From assembly GCF_037042905.1 (NCBI RefSeq), contig NC_087251.1:34846001-34910000 (forward strand): 64,000 nucleotides of DNA, read 5' to 3'. The number at the start of each line of letters is the position of its first letter. The stretch's first letter is position 1. Origin of the DNA: Lytechinus pictus. Lineage: Eukaryota. Below are positions 26,236-41,188 of this stretch, piece by piece. The notes beneath the pieces are model-generated. The model saw only the letters and a program-made list of their open reading frames with translations, did not search any database and was not told the origin of the DNA. The position numbers and the translations under genes were made by a program.

Positions 26236-29200
26236 GGGTTGCAGCTCGAATATATAAGGCTTGATGTTTGTAGTGGAAAACAAAGACATTGCCCACAATG
26301 AGTATATCTTTTGCACAAAACGATTTGATAGGAAAAGTGCAGGCTGACAAGGCAGGGGAAATGCAATCAATAATTAAAGTGTGAATTATTAATAATCTAT
26401 TATTACTGATTTCAATGCCACTGACGGTATATAATATGAATATTTCACGAAGAACCGCTGTAAATGAGTGCTGATGGAGATATTCTAGAAGTGTCAGATA
26501 TAGGTAAGTCCCCCTTCCCCTTGCGTATTTGCCAATTGATCCTAATATCTTTTCCATTGTGCAGTATTAGACATATTGAAATCTGTTGAGATAATACATA
26601 TTTTTGTTAAATACAAGTGATTTGATAGATGAAGAAGAAGAGATGGGAGTTCTTGTACTTGTATTTGCAGTGAAATATGTATACATTTATAGTGAAATTT
26701 AATTATTAAAGTGCCATTATGCTAGCATACTCCTTGATTTACCTTTAATCCTGCATATCATATTTATCTGATATGGTTTTTTTTTTCTGAGTGCATGAGT
26801 TACTACTAGTAACCAACTGATTATTTTGATCTTGTCTCATTGCATGAATAAAAGGGGTGGTTGGATGATTTTTGGTTGCCGTTGATGCATTATATTGTGT
26901 GCTGGCTGCTGCATTTCATTTCCTTTAGAGCGATGAAAGATTCATTTGATAATGGGGCCCATTATTGAGCACCTGTATATTAATATTATGTGCATCAAAT
27001 ACATTTTCTCCGGTTTGATCATTATAAACCTGAACAGCTTCTTCGTCGATTTGGCTTTACAATGTAGGCTTAGCTTATACCATAATATTTATACTTTATA
27101 TTGAGAGCAAGCATTTTAAAGTGTATTACCTGTGCATGTATTCAATAAAACAGTTGCAAGCCCAGTACACACTAATAAACAGCTTATTCATCTTGGCTTA
27201 TAGACATTCAAATCCACAGTGTAGGCTTATCTGACCTACCATAATCATTTTAGCTTACTGTAGTTGACAAATGCAAAATTCCAAATATGTGATTGAGGTT
27301 TAGCTGTGTAGAACATAATTTATTAGAATGATTTAATTTCTAATGGCATCGCATTTATAATGCATAGGCTTGAACATTTTTCATGGATCCAAGTTGATGC
27401 TCTCCAAGAATCACTGCTTCTAGGCAACTGTACATTTTTCTTTGTTCATGCCTCATCTATCACAGCTGTGGCAATTCATCACAGAAGCCCTGTGCTTTAC
27501 CTGATATTCTGTATGTGAAAGTCGACTTTTATGTATATTTTTGCACAGCTGCAGGAGCTACAGTAGCCTTCTGTGTGATATGTACATTGTACATGTAGGC
27601 CTACGTAAGCCGTTGAAAAGTAAGAAGGATCTTTCTTCGTTCAGGGAGCGTAGATTAGTGTACACACAGAGTAAAGGAGTCGGGTCAGTCCTGACGATAG
27701 CAATGCTTTGACTGTTCTGACTTTAGAACACTGAACGGCAACAGCTGTTAGGGTTTCTGACTTTTTTTTCCTATGGATTCCACGAAGGATTCAATCCTAG
27801 CATAGAGCAGAGGAATTGATTCAGATCGTAAATGGGTGGGTCCATCTAGAAATACATGTACATGCAACACAGGTTTGACTAGTGCAAACATATGGGAGAA
27901 AAATATAGCTGCGTTTAATGTTTTTCATTGGTTCTAATGGTTCAAATTGTACAAAGGCACATGTGATTAGAGATGTACCCATGTCATAGGTATGATATCA
28001 TTATGTACGATGTGACCAAAGCCTACACTACAGAATTAGAATCCCTTTGAAATAAATGTTCAAGCCCTTGATGATTAACTTGGAATGTACTGCGGTTACA
28101 TTCGAAAAATATGATAATGCATGCTTTTTTGCACTTTCATTGAATCATTAAAAGCATCTGAGTAATATACCTTCATGTAAATTGCTTTCATAATAAGTTA
28201 CTAAAAATATTTCCTTTCATTTCTCACACCTCTGATGTCTCCTTGTTTCTAGTGTTGCTGTAGCTTGTCTGTGGTCTTTATTATGGTTGTTCCACTTTAT
28301 ATGTTTGTAATTTTGCCTCCGACAAAGATTCTGCTAGGATTGAAAGCTTAGGCCCCTTTTGACTTTCTAACCTCTGAATAACATAAGATTTAATTAATGA
28401 TGGTGATGTTATATCAGCATTGCTTTGATAGTGACAAAGGCTAGTATGCAAGAAGAAAGAAAATAGATGAACCTGATTAGGAGTTCTGCAGTGCCTCTTG
28501 TTACAGAGGTTCATGGGAAAACAGCCATTGATTATTAACCTTTTTTGCTGATTATTAACCCTATTTTACTGAAGGAGTGTGATTGCCATGTTTTCAGGTA
28601 GACAGACATCAATTCAAGAAGTGTTCATCTACGATGCATATCGTGGTCGAGCTGACAACATGTGACAACTATCATCGATTTGAACCTTTCATATATTGGC
28701 CATTATCTGCCAGCAAGTACACCTATATTGTTTTTCACCGTCAGCCATGAATTAGCGCTTGCATGCTCGAAATGTTTCAAATGCTCATGTTACTCCTGCC
28801 CCCATTTTAGCGAAGTCTTGTGTGCAGGTCCCTCTGGTCGATTGGGGGGGGGGGGGTGTACATGTATGGTTGCATTGACATTGTCCTTCTGACCTACATC
28901 CTTTTTGTACGACTCTGACTGATTTGTTACTCTACTGTGACCAGTGGCAACCAATGTAAGAGGAAGGAAACTCCTAGGTTGATTCCTGAGAGTAGGCACT
29001 TATGATTGTCGATGTTTATTATGTGAACACTTAATAGAACACTTTGAATTTACTTAATACACGGCGAGAATCCAGTACAACCATATGTAGTATTCGTCAG
29101 GCATATCCTGAGTGTACTGCTACAGTACAAATAATTTTGGTTTGCTTGTAAATGTATTTTTTAATCAAATGGGTAGTCACCCCCAGTAGAATCTTATAGT

Positions 29201-32200
29201 ACTTGCAAACTAAAATGCATCCATCATATGTGTACATACATGTCCATGTAGTAGGCATAGTTGGTTATTCAGATATTGCAGAGGAAAGGCATTCAATGGT
29301 ATGTGAAGCTGATAATCATGTATGATATCTCATAAACAATAACATATATTGTCTTAATTTTAGCCTCTTGCAGGAAATTGCTAATAAATGATTCCAGTAC
29401 TAATGATTGAAAATAAATTCACACCACTTTAATGGGGTTTTTGTAAATTGTTAATGGCAACATTATAATCATATTACCACATTATCCTTGTTTACATTAT
29501 GAAGACTGCATGCAATATGTTTTATGGATGTTACATAAATACTGGAGCTCTGGCTCTTCTTTTAATTTATTTCCAAGTAAGAACAAGTAAGCAGCCACCA
29601 TAAATAATTAGGGCTGAAAGGATACTTTGCCAGTTCACTGGGCAGGTTATATTTCTTATGAATTCATCGTCGTCGGGACTTCATCTGCACTAATAACCCA
29701 ATTTATATGACAAATTGGATGGGTTTCAGGGACAGTGTAGCAATTCATTGCAGTCTCTTCCGCTCACTCTTGTGTTATAGCCATATTGTGTCATTAGGCT
29801 ACAGACAGGAGACTACCAATTCTGAGCTTGGTCCTGAGATGATTAAAGTCATTACCACTTCCAATATTCTCAGCAATGTAATTTTAGTTGATTTGTTCTC
29901 TCCTTTTCTTTTGTAAAATTGATTCTCCAAGGGATTTGATTCCGATTACTATGATGGTGATGTAGGCGATATAAAGGATGCATCGTTGAGATGTAATTTG
30001 CATTGAACCTCATGAGCGATCAATGTTTTGCTCGGTTTGGACAGGGTTCACTCTAGGTTCATGTACTTTGTCTTTTGTGGGAGTTAGCATGTTGGGACAT
30101 ACAGCCCAATGTCCTACACTTCTTCAAACTGATTGTGATAGGATTCACAGTCCATATGTAGGCCCATGGACCTACACAACAAATGGTTGGCCTAATGGCA
30201 TGGTGACACAACATTTGCTCCTGCAACATTAGCTCCGGTCTTGATATCTCTGAGGGCTTAGGGTAACAGTTAGGATTGTAATTTTTATAATTTTTGTAAT
30301 AGAGTTTTTGGTTTAAAATTATGTAAAGATAAAGATTAGGGTTTATTTATTTTTGGAGGTTAGGTTTTGTTTGACTTAACATGCATATTTTCCATTTGAG
30401 CAATTGTCGCTGTCATTAAACCAATGGCATAGCTTATTACATCTTATGCTATAGACATATTGGCCCTTTATTCTGAATCCTGGTTTTTAACTTTAAACTC
30501 TGGTTTAAAGTTATTATTTAACCATAGAAAGCCAATTTTGACATAGTTCGCACAAATATAACAAAATAATAACAGTTCAATTCATCAGCTTCATCAGGAG
30601 TCTACCATAGATATTTCTCGTATGAAGTGGGCCAGCTCCTGGATCTTGAAGGTTCCATGACTGTTGTACATTCTTCACTGACCTCTTCTCCCCTCTTGCA
30701 CTTGATGAAACCTAATGCCCTCTGGAAACTTCACTTTTTCGTGTTTCTAGTTACGCAGATCTAACCCCATGATATTTGATTTCACCATTTTAATTAAATT
30801 GAAGGTGAAGTACAGATGCCTTTACACATATATCCCATGAATTGAATGCACCCCCAATAATTCCCCTTTACGGCATGCCTCAACTAATCTCCTTTGCCTT
30901 TGTGCACCGTATCAATTTCAAAATCAGACTGTGACAAACTTATATCCTGGCAGAGGAAAAAGGCACAGATCCAGATTTGAAATCTCCCAGGAGTTGTACA
31001 AGGGCGACAAGAGTTTGGGAAAGAAAAAAAAATCCCAATCCTTTTTGAAAGGATGTTATAGGCCACTGCAATTCAGAATTCCTAATAAATAGAATGATTT
31101 TTCTTATATGAAAAAAAACACAGAAATTGAAGCAGAATAAGTTTTACGTAAACAATATAAGACCATTCCACTTATTTTTATTTTGGTGTGGCTTTCTGTT
31201 CCATAAAATCAGTTCCTCCCAACTTTGTGCATTGACACACTACTGCGACACAAACAAGTTACCAAATCTCTTGTACTACTACTACTAGCCAATATGCATG
31301 ACATCTCCCATTGTGCGCAACAAGTGCAGCGTATCGTGATCATGCTCGTGGTCCTCGCCCTCTTTAGAGAAGTAAACAACGTGGTATCAAAAAGTCGCAT
31401 TTTCAACAATGGCATTTGAGTTATTACCACCATTGGGCTTCCTATTGTTCTGATGTGATAACAATATGTGGTCAATGAACTGTGACTTGATGAAATGCAG
31501 AAATATTGTGATTTTTATTGCTGTATGGAGGGGGCTTCCTGGTTAGGTTTGGAGATTGTGGCTCACCAGGATGTTTGTATTTCATGGAAATGTGCTATTT
31601 TGTATTGCAATCTGTGGCCACATATTATAAAGGCTCCTTGTAATAGGGCCTAAGCCTCACCGTTTGTTAGCCATCTATTCTTTCCTTTCTTCTGTTTTAT
31701 GCGAACCTTGCTTTATTACTATTTACTTTGATTTTTACAATCAATATGTTCTCTTTTAATTTCCCTAAATACTATAGAGTAGGATGCTCTTCTCATTCCA
31801 TGATAATAACATTTGCATGAATAATTTATGACGATGATGTTTATTATGGTGGTAATGTTCATAATTACATGTATAACAATGATGATTACATCTAGGCCTG
31901 TAATGATATTCACAATTACTATATAAGGGTATGATAACACTAATAGTGAAATTTATTGGTAACAGGGCTTAGGAGTTAAATAATGTATTCAAGGAGTGCA
32001 GAAATAAACTATGTATATAAAATTGTGGGGTTATTTTTAGCAATCATAATTCAGCTATTGTATAAAATATGAGTTTCTTTCAAATATTAACATTAATAAA
32101 GCATGCATCAATAATAACCATGCAATGTGCACTTTTTAAAAAATAGTCACAATATATGCAAATCATCATTAACAATCAAGCTGAATTCAAACATGCTTAT

Positions 32201-32479
32201 ATGATAAGGCCTAAATGAAACTACTCAAACTGATTAATTATTCAATTTTTAATTATTTCCATTCATTATATTAGTTTTGTTTGCAAGGAGCAACCTTGAT
32301 TGTTCACTAAATTAATCATGTGTATTTATATATCTCATGGTTATTATAATGATAAATTGACTTTTGCACAGGAACAAATACTACATTGTAATACCGGCAT
32401 GATGGTCTATACTTCAAAAGGTAATGAAACCTTTGTTCCTGCGACAATCGCTCCTCCACTATTTTCTCTCAAGACATAC

Positions 32480-32899
32480 TGGCCCAAATTCACAAAGGTG
32501 GTTTTTAAAACCATCGGTTGTACCCATGGTTTATGCAGATTTCCTGTATAAATTAGGTTTATTTACCATGTATATAAATGTCCTAGCTGATGCGCGCTTT
32601 TGTCACAGTGCGCCAAATTTATCCTGTTGCCATGGTTAAATATGCTATTTTATTAATGAGTCCACTGTTTGAAGAGTGAACTTGTTTATTCAAAACAGTG
32701 GACTCCTGAATAGAAAAGCATGGATAACCACGGCAACAGGCATCAATTCAGCACACTGTGACAAAAGTGTGTATCAGCATTGGACACTTTTTAATATATG
32801 CAGTAAATAAGCGTAATTTATACAGGAAATCTGCATAAACCATGGGTTCAACCGATGGGTTTGAAAACCAGTTAAAACCACCTTTATGAATTTGGGCCA
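32480..32899. mobile_element. Foldback MITE
   Basis: TIR tggcccaaattcacaaaggtggtttt / aaaaccacctttatgaatttgggcca, with symmetry extending to the centre (gagtccactgttt...aaacagtggactc). Confidence 0.85.
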
Positions 32900-32935
32900 C
32901 TTGAATGTTAGGTTTTTAGTTTAGAATGAGAATTT

Positions 32936-33218
32936 AAGTTCTGGTCCTACTGGCCGACGGACACAAAACATATTCATAACGGATACAGCGGACAAGCAAA
33001 ATTTTGTGCTGGCTCCATCCATTTTCATCCGCTCCAGACAATGGACAAAATGGGCAAACAATGAAATCACAGTGGACGGATGCTCGATGGATATAGAGCG
33101 TATGAAACATGTATTCAAAGAGCACACTACGGATACTTAACGTTTTCCAACGGATGGCAAGATTCTTTTCTGTTTTACATCCTCTCTGCATCCGTAAGTG
33201 CAGTGGGACCGGACCTTT
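32936..33218. mobile_element. Degenerate MITE
   Basis: Imperfect TIR aagttctggtcctactg / cagtgggaccggacctt, with internal acggat/atccgt repeats. Confidence 0.55.
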
Positions 33219-35531
33219 AGATTTGATTGAACTGAAGTTTGGGTGTATTTGGCTTTAATAAGTGGATTTGTTTCGGTAGGAACAATTGTTACAGGAGCAA
33301 ATGTCATGGGATCCTCCTGCAGCTGCAGGTGTAAAGACAAAATGCAGGTGATTCTGAAGGTCAGCATGTGTAAGGCAAATTCAATCAATGACATCAGGCA
33401 ATTAGTTTGGAATGGATGCATTGCAGTGTATGTCACAAAGACAAATTATGTAGAGGTGACCTACATGAAATGAAACATCTGATAAATGAAGACACAGGTT
33501 TTCATGTTCTATTTTTAAACATAATTTTGAAAGGACCTGTGAGGGAAAATCAAGCATTAAATTACCAGAAATTTAAATGTGACCTTGGCCAACACTTTGC
33601 GTTACCTTTAATAACCAGAGATGATATCTCTGTACATGATCTCTATGTATGGGGATAATGCAGACTGCATTGATCATGAACAGGCAAAGTGCATCAATAA
33701 CTAATGGGGTAAAATCTAAATGGTGCTGTGGCATATCCTTTCTCATGAGCACAGCTTCATCGTCGTCGTGGCATCCATTCTCTTGTCTGCGTTTATCTCC
33801 TCTTGAGGAACAGGTTGACTGTTGCAATCAGAGCTTCGTTAGTGAAGCGTGCAGCGGAGGGAGTAATGAAGGGCTGACTGGGAAATATGAATGAATTATT
33901 CATTTGTGGGCAATCTGAGACAAACTGGTGCTCGATCGAGGGTATTAAGGGTCGACCTGGCAAGACAAGTGAAGGGATGCTTCATTGCAAACTTGATGGA
34001 AGACCCCATGAAAAGAAACCGCAAAAGAAAAATTGTGTAAACAGCTAATCAATATCTATAATCTGCTGAATTACATTTACCTTCCACTTGTGCCATTATT
34101 CAGTATTCACTATCACTGAAGCAGTGCAGAGTTTTCAAGTTTTCTAGGATTTGACTGTTTGTGTTCCAGTGTTATTTTAGTGTTATGAAACTGAAGCTAT
34201 TTGTTTATAGTAAACTTGAGGATTATTAATATTCTTCCCCAAGATCTGCAAGGCCTCTAAGTGATACTAAAGTAGGCAAACAATATTTTGTAAGTGCTAG
34301 TTTCTTTGTATTTTTTATATGAATTTCCGTTCACTTTGCTTTAATGGTCTAGGCCTGTGCATAAACATCGATTAAAAAAAAATACTGTCAAAGACTGATA
34401 CTTATTGAATGTGAAGTACACATACATTGTTATGTTCAAAATAAAACTGGAATGAAAATTATTATGCACAATGATCTTGGCTTCTCTGCCAATTGGGTCT
34501 ACAGTTGGCTTCAGACTTATTGATACTATCAAAAAGTACCAAAAGCTTAAATAGGTTTTATTCAAAATCTTTCCTTTTCCTGGCAGTAGAAATGATATGT
34601 CCTCTGTGGATTCATATTTTTCTCATAGATCTCTATTTTCATAATTTCCATGCTGGAGCAACAGGAAATATTTCATCCCTTCTTTGTTTACATTCCTTGT
34701 CCCAACCTTCCAAAGCTTCTGAAATCTCCATTCATGACCTTTTGGCTTTGTGGTGCTGAAGCGGCTGTGGTAACTGGACACTGGATTCTAGCAGAGGCTT
34801 GTAAACAAGCCTGTTGAACTCTGAACCCCAAGTCATATGATTAACACTGTTTACATGGTTTTCCTGTCCATGATCATTTACATCTATTATGCGGTATGCA
34901 TGTAGATTACATGCAAGTTCTTGGAGTGGGATTTCATTTACAATAGTGGGCTCAGGGGTAGGATTATCAAGCATTAACTGTTATAGAAGAGAGATTATGT
35001 TATTAACCTCCACCAGTTGAGGCAAATGTTATATTTTCAGTACATACCTACAGTCAAACTGACAATTTTGGTGTAACTCATTGGAAAATGTAAATTGTCC
35101 ATTACCAGCAATTCTGTTGTACCATGAAAAATTATCTATTCAGAGATACATGTATTGTAGGGCCTATAGGTTTGTGGGGCCTGTAATATAACTGACCTCT
35201 CATATTTTTGTTTCTTACAACAGATCATTTGATAACATTATTGAAATTATATAGACCCTGCATGTACAGTGTAGGCCTACATATTGCATTTGCTGGTACA
35301 TGTTGAGAGGTCACTAGAAGAGGCGACAATAACATGGACAGAAGAAATAGGTTAATAGATCGAAATTGGGTATTTTATATAAAAATAAGTAGTTTGAAAA
35401 TGCAAAAGGAATCTTTGAAAAATTTTGTCAAACCAAGAGCTCTATTTACGGTAGACACTTGGTATTAAAACTTTATACTTATTTTTATGGTAGACTTGCA
35501 TATCTGTATGTAGGATCACACATGCTACAGG

Positions 35532-36009
35532 AGGTGGTTTCAAACCGCCTCGATCACAAGAATCCCCGTTAAATTACGAGAACTTTTTTAGGATGAAAAA
35601 TACCCATTAATTATTCCTGCATTCACACCGCCCTGTAACATACCCTTCGGGATAAGTTCCTGAAGTTACGAGCATGCGCATTATGGTCTGATAAGCAGCA
35701 AGGCGCGAAATTCAAAATCACTTGCCCAGCAGCAACCCATGCACGGCGCCGCACCCAACGACACGCTGGGCTAAAAGTTCCCGTAATTTGCTTTCAGACC
35801 GCCAAAATACCCACGACCTTGGAAAAATCCCCGCGAAAGTTCTCGTAATTTCGCCAAGTACCTACTATTTATCGGGTATTTTCTTTCGGGGATATTACGC
35901 GTAGTTTGCTTTCACACCGCCAAAATACCTGGTATTTTCTGATCGGGGTAAATTTCCCGATCAGAGAATACCTGGAACTGGCGAACTTCGAGGCGGTCTG
36001 AAACCACCT
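35532..36009. mobile_element. MITE
   Basis: TIR aggtggtttcaaaccgcctcga / tcgaggcggtctgaaaccacct; CpG-rich interior with repeated tttgctttca.accgccaaaatacc. Confidence 0.85.
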
Positions 36010-36502
36010 ATTATGAATCCTCACAGACTCAAAAGATCAATGGTGATAGGCCTACAGTGCACTGCCATTCTGTAGTTCCTCCACCTAGTGTAGGAAAAAA
36101 AATCCCTTCCATTGCGTCTCCTTTTTTAATGGGTCAAGACAATTGATGTGTAGGGTACTTGTAATATCCCAGTGGAAATCTAACATGATGGAGGTGAATT
36201 CGGCCAGCCAGCCATTGGCTTAATGAATACTGATTTTTCCTAGGCAGGTCTCCGTCTCATTTGGCGTCCATCAGCGCTTCATTTTGCGAAAAGGGATGGG
36301 GAATTAGATCTGCGAACCCGACACGGATGAGTCAGGTCCGGTTTAATGTCAGGAATGTAACTTCATGTTAAGAAGAGCTTTGCCGGCCTATAGGACAGTG
36401 GCCAATCGTGATTCACTCTAGTATGAATCGTCTCTTGTCTTGGATTCTCACTTACAGTTATGGTAAAAAGTGCAAGATCCTGCATGAAGTTTTAGGGGAA
36501 AA

Positions 36503-36649
36503 GGGGCCCGTTGCAGAAAGAGTTGCAATCAATCGCAACTCTAAAAATCATGCGCAAGTCCCAAATGCGCGTTGTTGATTGGTCGAAAATCAAGTTGCGC
36601 ATGATTTTTAGAGTTGCGATTGATTGCAACTCTTTCTGCAACTGGCCCC
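36503..36649. mobile_element. Short palindromic MITE
   Basis: About 54-bp near-perfect TIRs ggggcccgttgcagaaagagttgcaatcaatcgcaactctaaaaatcatgcgcaa. Confidence 0.85.
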
Positions 36650-37217
36650 TGGTCTGTTTATAACATGATAATTACAGGCATGGGTCTTGGTAGGTCAATG
36701 TCATATTCTATGAAGATTTAATAGGCTTGAAGAAGTTGAAGTACATGCTGATGTGATATTCATGCATGTATCAAGTTCTACAAGATGCAGGCCCAATAGA
36801 ATGTTTACTATTATTTTTATTGGCCTATAGAGACATATGATCATCTTTATAATGAAATATCAACATGAATGTTCAAGCATAAATCTGATTTCATTTCCTG
36901 AGAATCAGGAAGGCATTCCAGTGATTCCATCGATTTTAATGATGTAGCAGAGACAAAAATCATGATGCATTTCTCATTCTTTCAAAAGAACATTGTAGGA
37001 TTTCAGTAGGCCTGTAGACATGAACAATCAAGACATCAACAGGGAATTCATTGAGTGCTTAAATGGCATCCAATTTTTAATATATACTTGCATAATTATT
37101 AACATGGGAATCTACAACTCTAATTAAGAAAGTTTAATGAAGCATAGTGTGCTTTAATCCAGGAAATACTGCAGTGTGTGTTAACTTTGGCCAATAATTG
37201 CATCCCTTGAGAGTTAA

Positions 37218-37820
37218 AGGGATGCTCCGGGCTGAATATATTAATATATAAATAAATATAGTAAAATTCACTGAGCAAAATGCTAAAAAATTCATAAAAA
37301 ATTGGATAAAAATAAAGTTATTGAAGTTTAAAGTTCAGCAATATTCTGTGAAAACAGTTATATGCACATCGTCATGAATATTCATTAGGTGGGCTGATGA
37401 TGTCACATCCCCACTTTCCTTTTTCTTTAATATGTTATACATGAAATCATAATTGTTTCATTTTTTACATATATATTGAATGATATGTCTCCCTTATAAT
37501 GAAATAAGTTGCAGCAATAAATATTTTCATGCACTAAATAAGTTGTCAATCCAATTTTTTTAGTTCTTGATAGAAAAATTTGAATAAACCTATTTTTTTA
37601 TAATAAAATATGAAAAGAACAAGTGGGGATATGACATCATCAGTTTGCTCATTGAATATTCATAAAGACATGCCTAGAACTGATACACCGGAATAATGCA
37701 AATCTTAAAAATTCCATATTTTTTTATTCCTTGTCTGATTTTGATAAAATTTTCAGTGTTTTGTTTGTCTGATTTTTCTTTTGTGTTCATGTCTTATTAT
37801 TTTCAGCATGGAGTACCCCT
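37218..37820. mobile_element. Kolobok-like non-autonomous transposon
   Basis: TTAA|AGGGATGCTCCGGGCTGAA...TTCAGCATGGAGTACCCCT|TTAA, imperfect TIRs. Confidence 0.75.
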
Positions 37821-39551
37821 TTAATCTTGAAATTAAAAGAATTCAAAAGAGAGAGAAATTTGTCTCCTTGGTTACAAATTTTAATTTGGCTTCACAAAAA
37901 TATAGATCTAGATCTGAGATGACTTTCTTCATTTAACAATGTCAGGCTTATATTTGTATCCATGGATACCTGAACAAAACAAAAAAATCAGTGCCTGTTT
38001 GCATTTTCATTCACATGCACAACAAATGTTAAATTGTCAAGAAAGCCTGTGTTGTGATAATGCAAATCTTGCAGTGCATAGAGCTTGTGATATGAAAAAA
38101 GGTTTGTGATATTTGTGAACCTTTTGACATTGATAATATAGGGCCTACATAATTTATCCCATTGTGCAAAACCTCTTTTCTATGATTTTTTTTATAAAAG
38201 CAGCATAATACCTTCACAACATATCATTGCCATAAACAAGTGCTCAGAAAGCACTGAAATACTGATGTATTTTCTGAGGAATGTGACATATTTTATATGC
38301 TGCTTTGTGCAAATCCTTCCATGCATGGTAGTGGCAGTGTGAGTTGCTCAGTTGGAATTTTGAGGGGACATGTTAGGTCTCCCCAAATGACCTTTGGCCT
38401 AGAGATATTTTTAAAGGGTCCATTGGGAGCACTATTGCAGCGGAGAAGAAATGCTTGTCTCAAACATTAGTAGAAAAGATGCATTTGATATCAGGTAACT
38501 GCAAAATACATTTGATTTTCTCTTATTTATAGAGGGTAAGTTATGTTTGTGAATGTAAGAATTCAAGGCCCCCATCTGCTCGTACTTGTATAAAGCATTT
38601 TATTTAATTTAAAGTCAATCTGAAATTATGGTAAGCCATTGATTGGCACCAAAATGTAGGCCTGTGCACTGTCCCTTCATAAACCAGAAAAAAATGAACA
38701 TTAATTTGTCATATTCATGCTTAATAGATGAGCATAGGCCTATGTTATCCTTCTAGCATAGAGTTTTTTTTCTCTCATAGATATGCTACATGTAGACAAA
38801 GCTTACATGATAAATTGTTGCTTAATTAGGTTTCATTCATAGTTATACGGTGGTAGTTTTAGTTTCTATTTTTTTTCCTTTTTAATTCCCCATTCAAAAT
38901 TATTGTCACATTCTTACATCGCATTTTAAATATCATAAATCAGGATAACACATATACAGCCTAATCATATATAGGCCTGCACTTTAATATTTTTGATAAT
39001 GAAAACATGTGGATGGGGTCTTTAAGTTTCATTGTATTTTTCACAGTTAATTGACATGTGTTGAACAGGAATTAAATATACAGGTTATGGTTGTGTCATA
39101 TATTTGAAAGATGATATCTCTCCAGTCATTTTATGTCATTTGATATCTACATGTATGTGCTACAATACTACATAAAGTACAGGCATATGGGCCCTATACA
39201 CTGTGTAGTTTGCATTCAGGCCAACCAGCCCATTCCAATTTCCTGTGAGAAACTCGCTCTTCATAATATATATCATGACATGAGATATGCTTCCATGCAT
39301 GTACCGATTACGAGTTAATGTATTTCACAACCTTCAATGCCATCGAAAATTCTTCTGATTGAATCTATCAGTTTCTCTTTGAAATTCGTAAACAAGTTTT
39401 AAGGTGGTAAAATGAAATTGATTATTGATTGTTGAAAGGATTACTTCTAAATTATTTTGAAATCAGAAGATAAAATGAAATAAGATGCAGATCTCATTTC
39501 TTGTTGTGCAGACTTATGCATTTTTTCTATACTTTTTAATATACATATATA

Positions 39552-39876
39552 GGGTGGTATTCTGATGCCATGGTTTAGTTAAACCAGGGTTAAATTAATT
39601 AAACCACACTTTTATGAAGTGCCAGTTGTCAACTTTTTCACCGTTGAAAAATTATTCTTATCCTGTTCCAAAAAGTTGCCAAAAATTTAATTTAAGTTGT
39701 GAAATGGGAAGAATAGGAAAATACAAAATATAATCAATTATAATTGATCAATTTGTACATTATTATTGCCATGAATGTGGAAGAAATATTATGAAGCCAG
39801 CATTCAATAGAAGTGTGGTTTAATATTCTAGTTTAGACTTGGGTTAAACCTAGATTTAATAATCAGAATACCACCC
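39552..39876. mobile_element. MITE
   Basis: TIR gggtggtattctgat / atcagaataccaccc with internal ttaaaccacactt / aagtgtggtttaa. Confidence 0.75.
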
Positions 39877-40005
39877 ATAATGTGTATTTAATATGAATGA
39901 TGTGTAATATGAATAATACTTTCCTACAATCTTCCTAAGGACATGTAAGCCTATACAGGTCTCAAATAAATTTGGGTATTTTTAGGACAAGGCCACTTTT
40001 CAAAA

Positions 40006-41188
40006 CAGGGTTCCCAGCCCATCAGAAAATCAGGGAAAATTATTTTACTTTTTTCCAGTCAGGGAAAAAATATGCTTCAAATCAGGGGGAAATGCCTCAA
40101 ATGAGGAAAAAAAATCAGGGAATTTTGATCAGCCAAAAAGTCGAAAGCACAGTAGTCAGTCAGACTGTTATATTTTGTTGCATATCAAAACAACATCCAT
40201 TGAATGACTGGGGGTGCGTTTATCCGCCACTTTTTTACCCTAGAATCATGATCTGAATCATGATTCAAATCATGATTCTGCAGAATCACGATTGCGTTTA
40301 GTCGAAATTGAATATAATCATGATTAGAATCACAAATATGAAACACGAAAAAAGGGGCGTTTGAAAAGACGTTTCTGCAGAATCACGTACGAAAATGTTC
40401 GAATAAACGATATCGTGATTACAATCACGATTCTATGACATCATTGTGTCGGGCTACTTTAGGTTTGACTCTTGCCAAGCTCAAGACGCGCTGTGCTCAG
40501 TGTATTTATACATAATATGATATGCATGCATTCTGTGTTGGGCATCGCATCGTCCACTTCTTTTCATTTTTTGTTGTTGTCATGTCTTCAACTTCAAGTG
40601 AACTAGTAAATGAACTAACTGAACAGACAATGATATCAATTGTTGTTGAGTTAACAAGTGTCAATATGAAATTGGATCTACGCTACAATTTACATCCGAA
40701 CACAATTTTCGATAAACCGACAAGAAGCATAATAAGTAAACAAATTGTGGATACATAATAGACTGAATTCGGAAGGTACAGGATTGATTTTTCGAGAGCC
40801 AAAACACGTGCGAAAAAGTTGACCTAACTTCCTCTGTCAAACTGCGCACTGTGATGCGCACTGGATCGGTCCGAATCCGAGGAAAAACAGCTTTAAAATG
40901 AAGGTCGTCTGAACGCTGATTCTGTGGTATTGTGATTCATGTTTGATTCAAATCATGATTCAAATCATGATTCTGGCTTGAGGTCGCATAAACGCAGCCT
41001 GGTTATGGTGGTACTAATCAGTTTTACATGATTGTTTTTATACTAAAAATACATATAATTCACTGTACATAATAACTTAGAAAACATGCGAAACTGGGAA
41101 TGGGTTTGAATAATTATCAGGGAATTTTTAAACTTCATCAGGGAAAAAAATCAGGGAATTTTGTTTTCTTGAAAAGCTGGGAACCCTA
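40006..41188. mobile_element. TIR element interrupted by a nested Harbinger-like MITE
   Basis: TIR agggttcccagc / gctgggaaccct, subterminal atcaggg repeats at both ends, and a possible CAAAA flanking direct repeat. Confidence 0.7.
40212..40999 (+). mobile_element. PIF/Harbinger-like MITE, copy 1 (nested)
   Basis: TIR gggtgcgtttat / ataaacgcagcc, TGG TSD, subterminal aatcatgatt repeats; homologous to 44256-45010. Confidence 0.85.

Noticed and set aside
26078..26557. 159-aa hydrophobic ORF suggesting a membrane protein
   Set aside because: The F/L/S/P bias derives from the complement of a GA-rich low-complexity tract.
33780..34000. Conserved enhancer candidates (also about 15390-15800, 17000-17340, 36170-36420)
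   Set aside because: They look non-repetitive and motif-rich, but conservation or activity cannot be judged from a single sequence.
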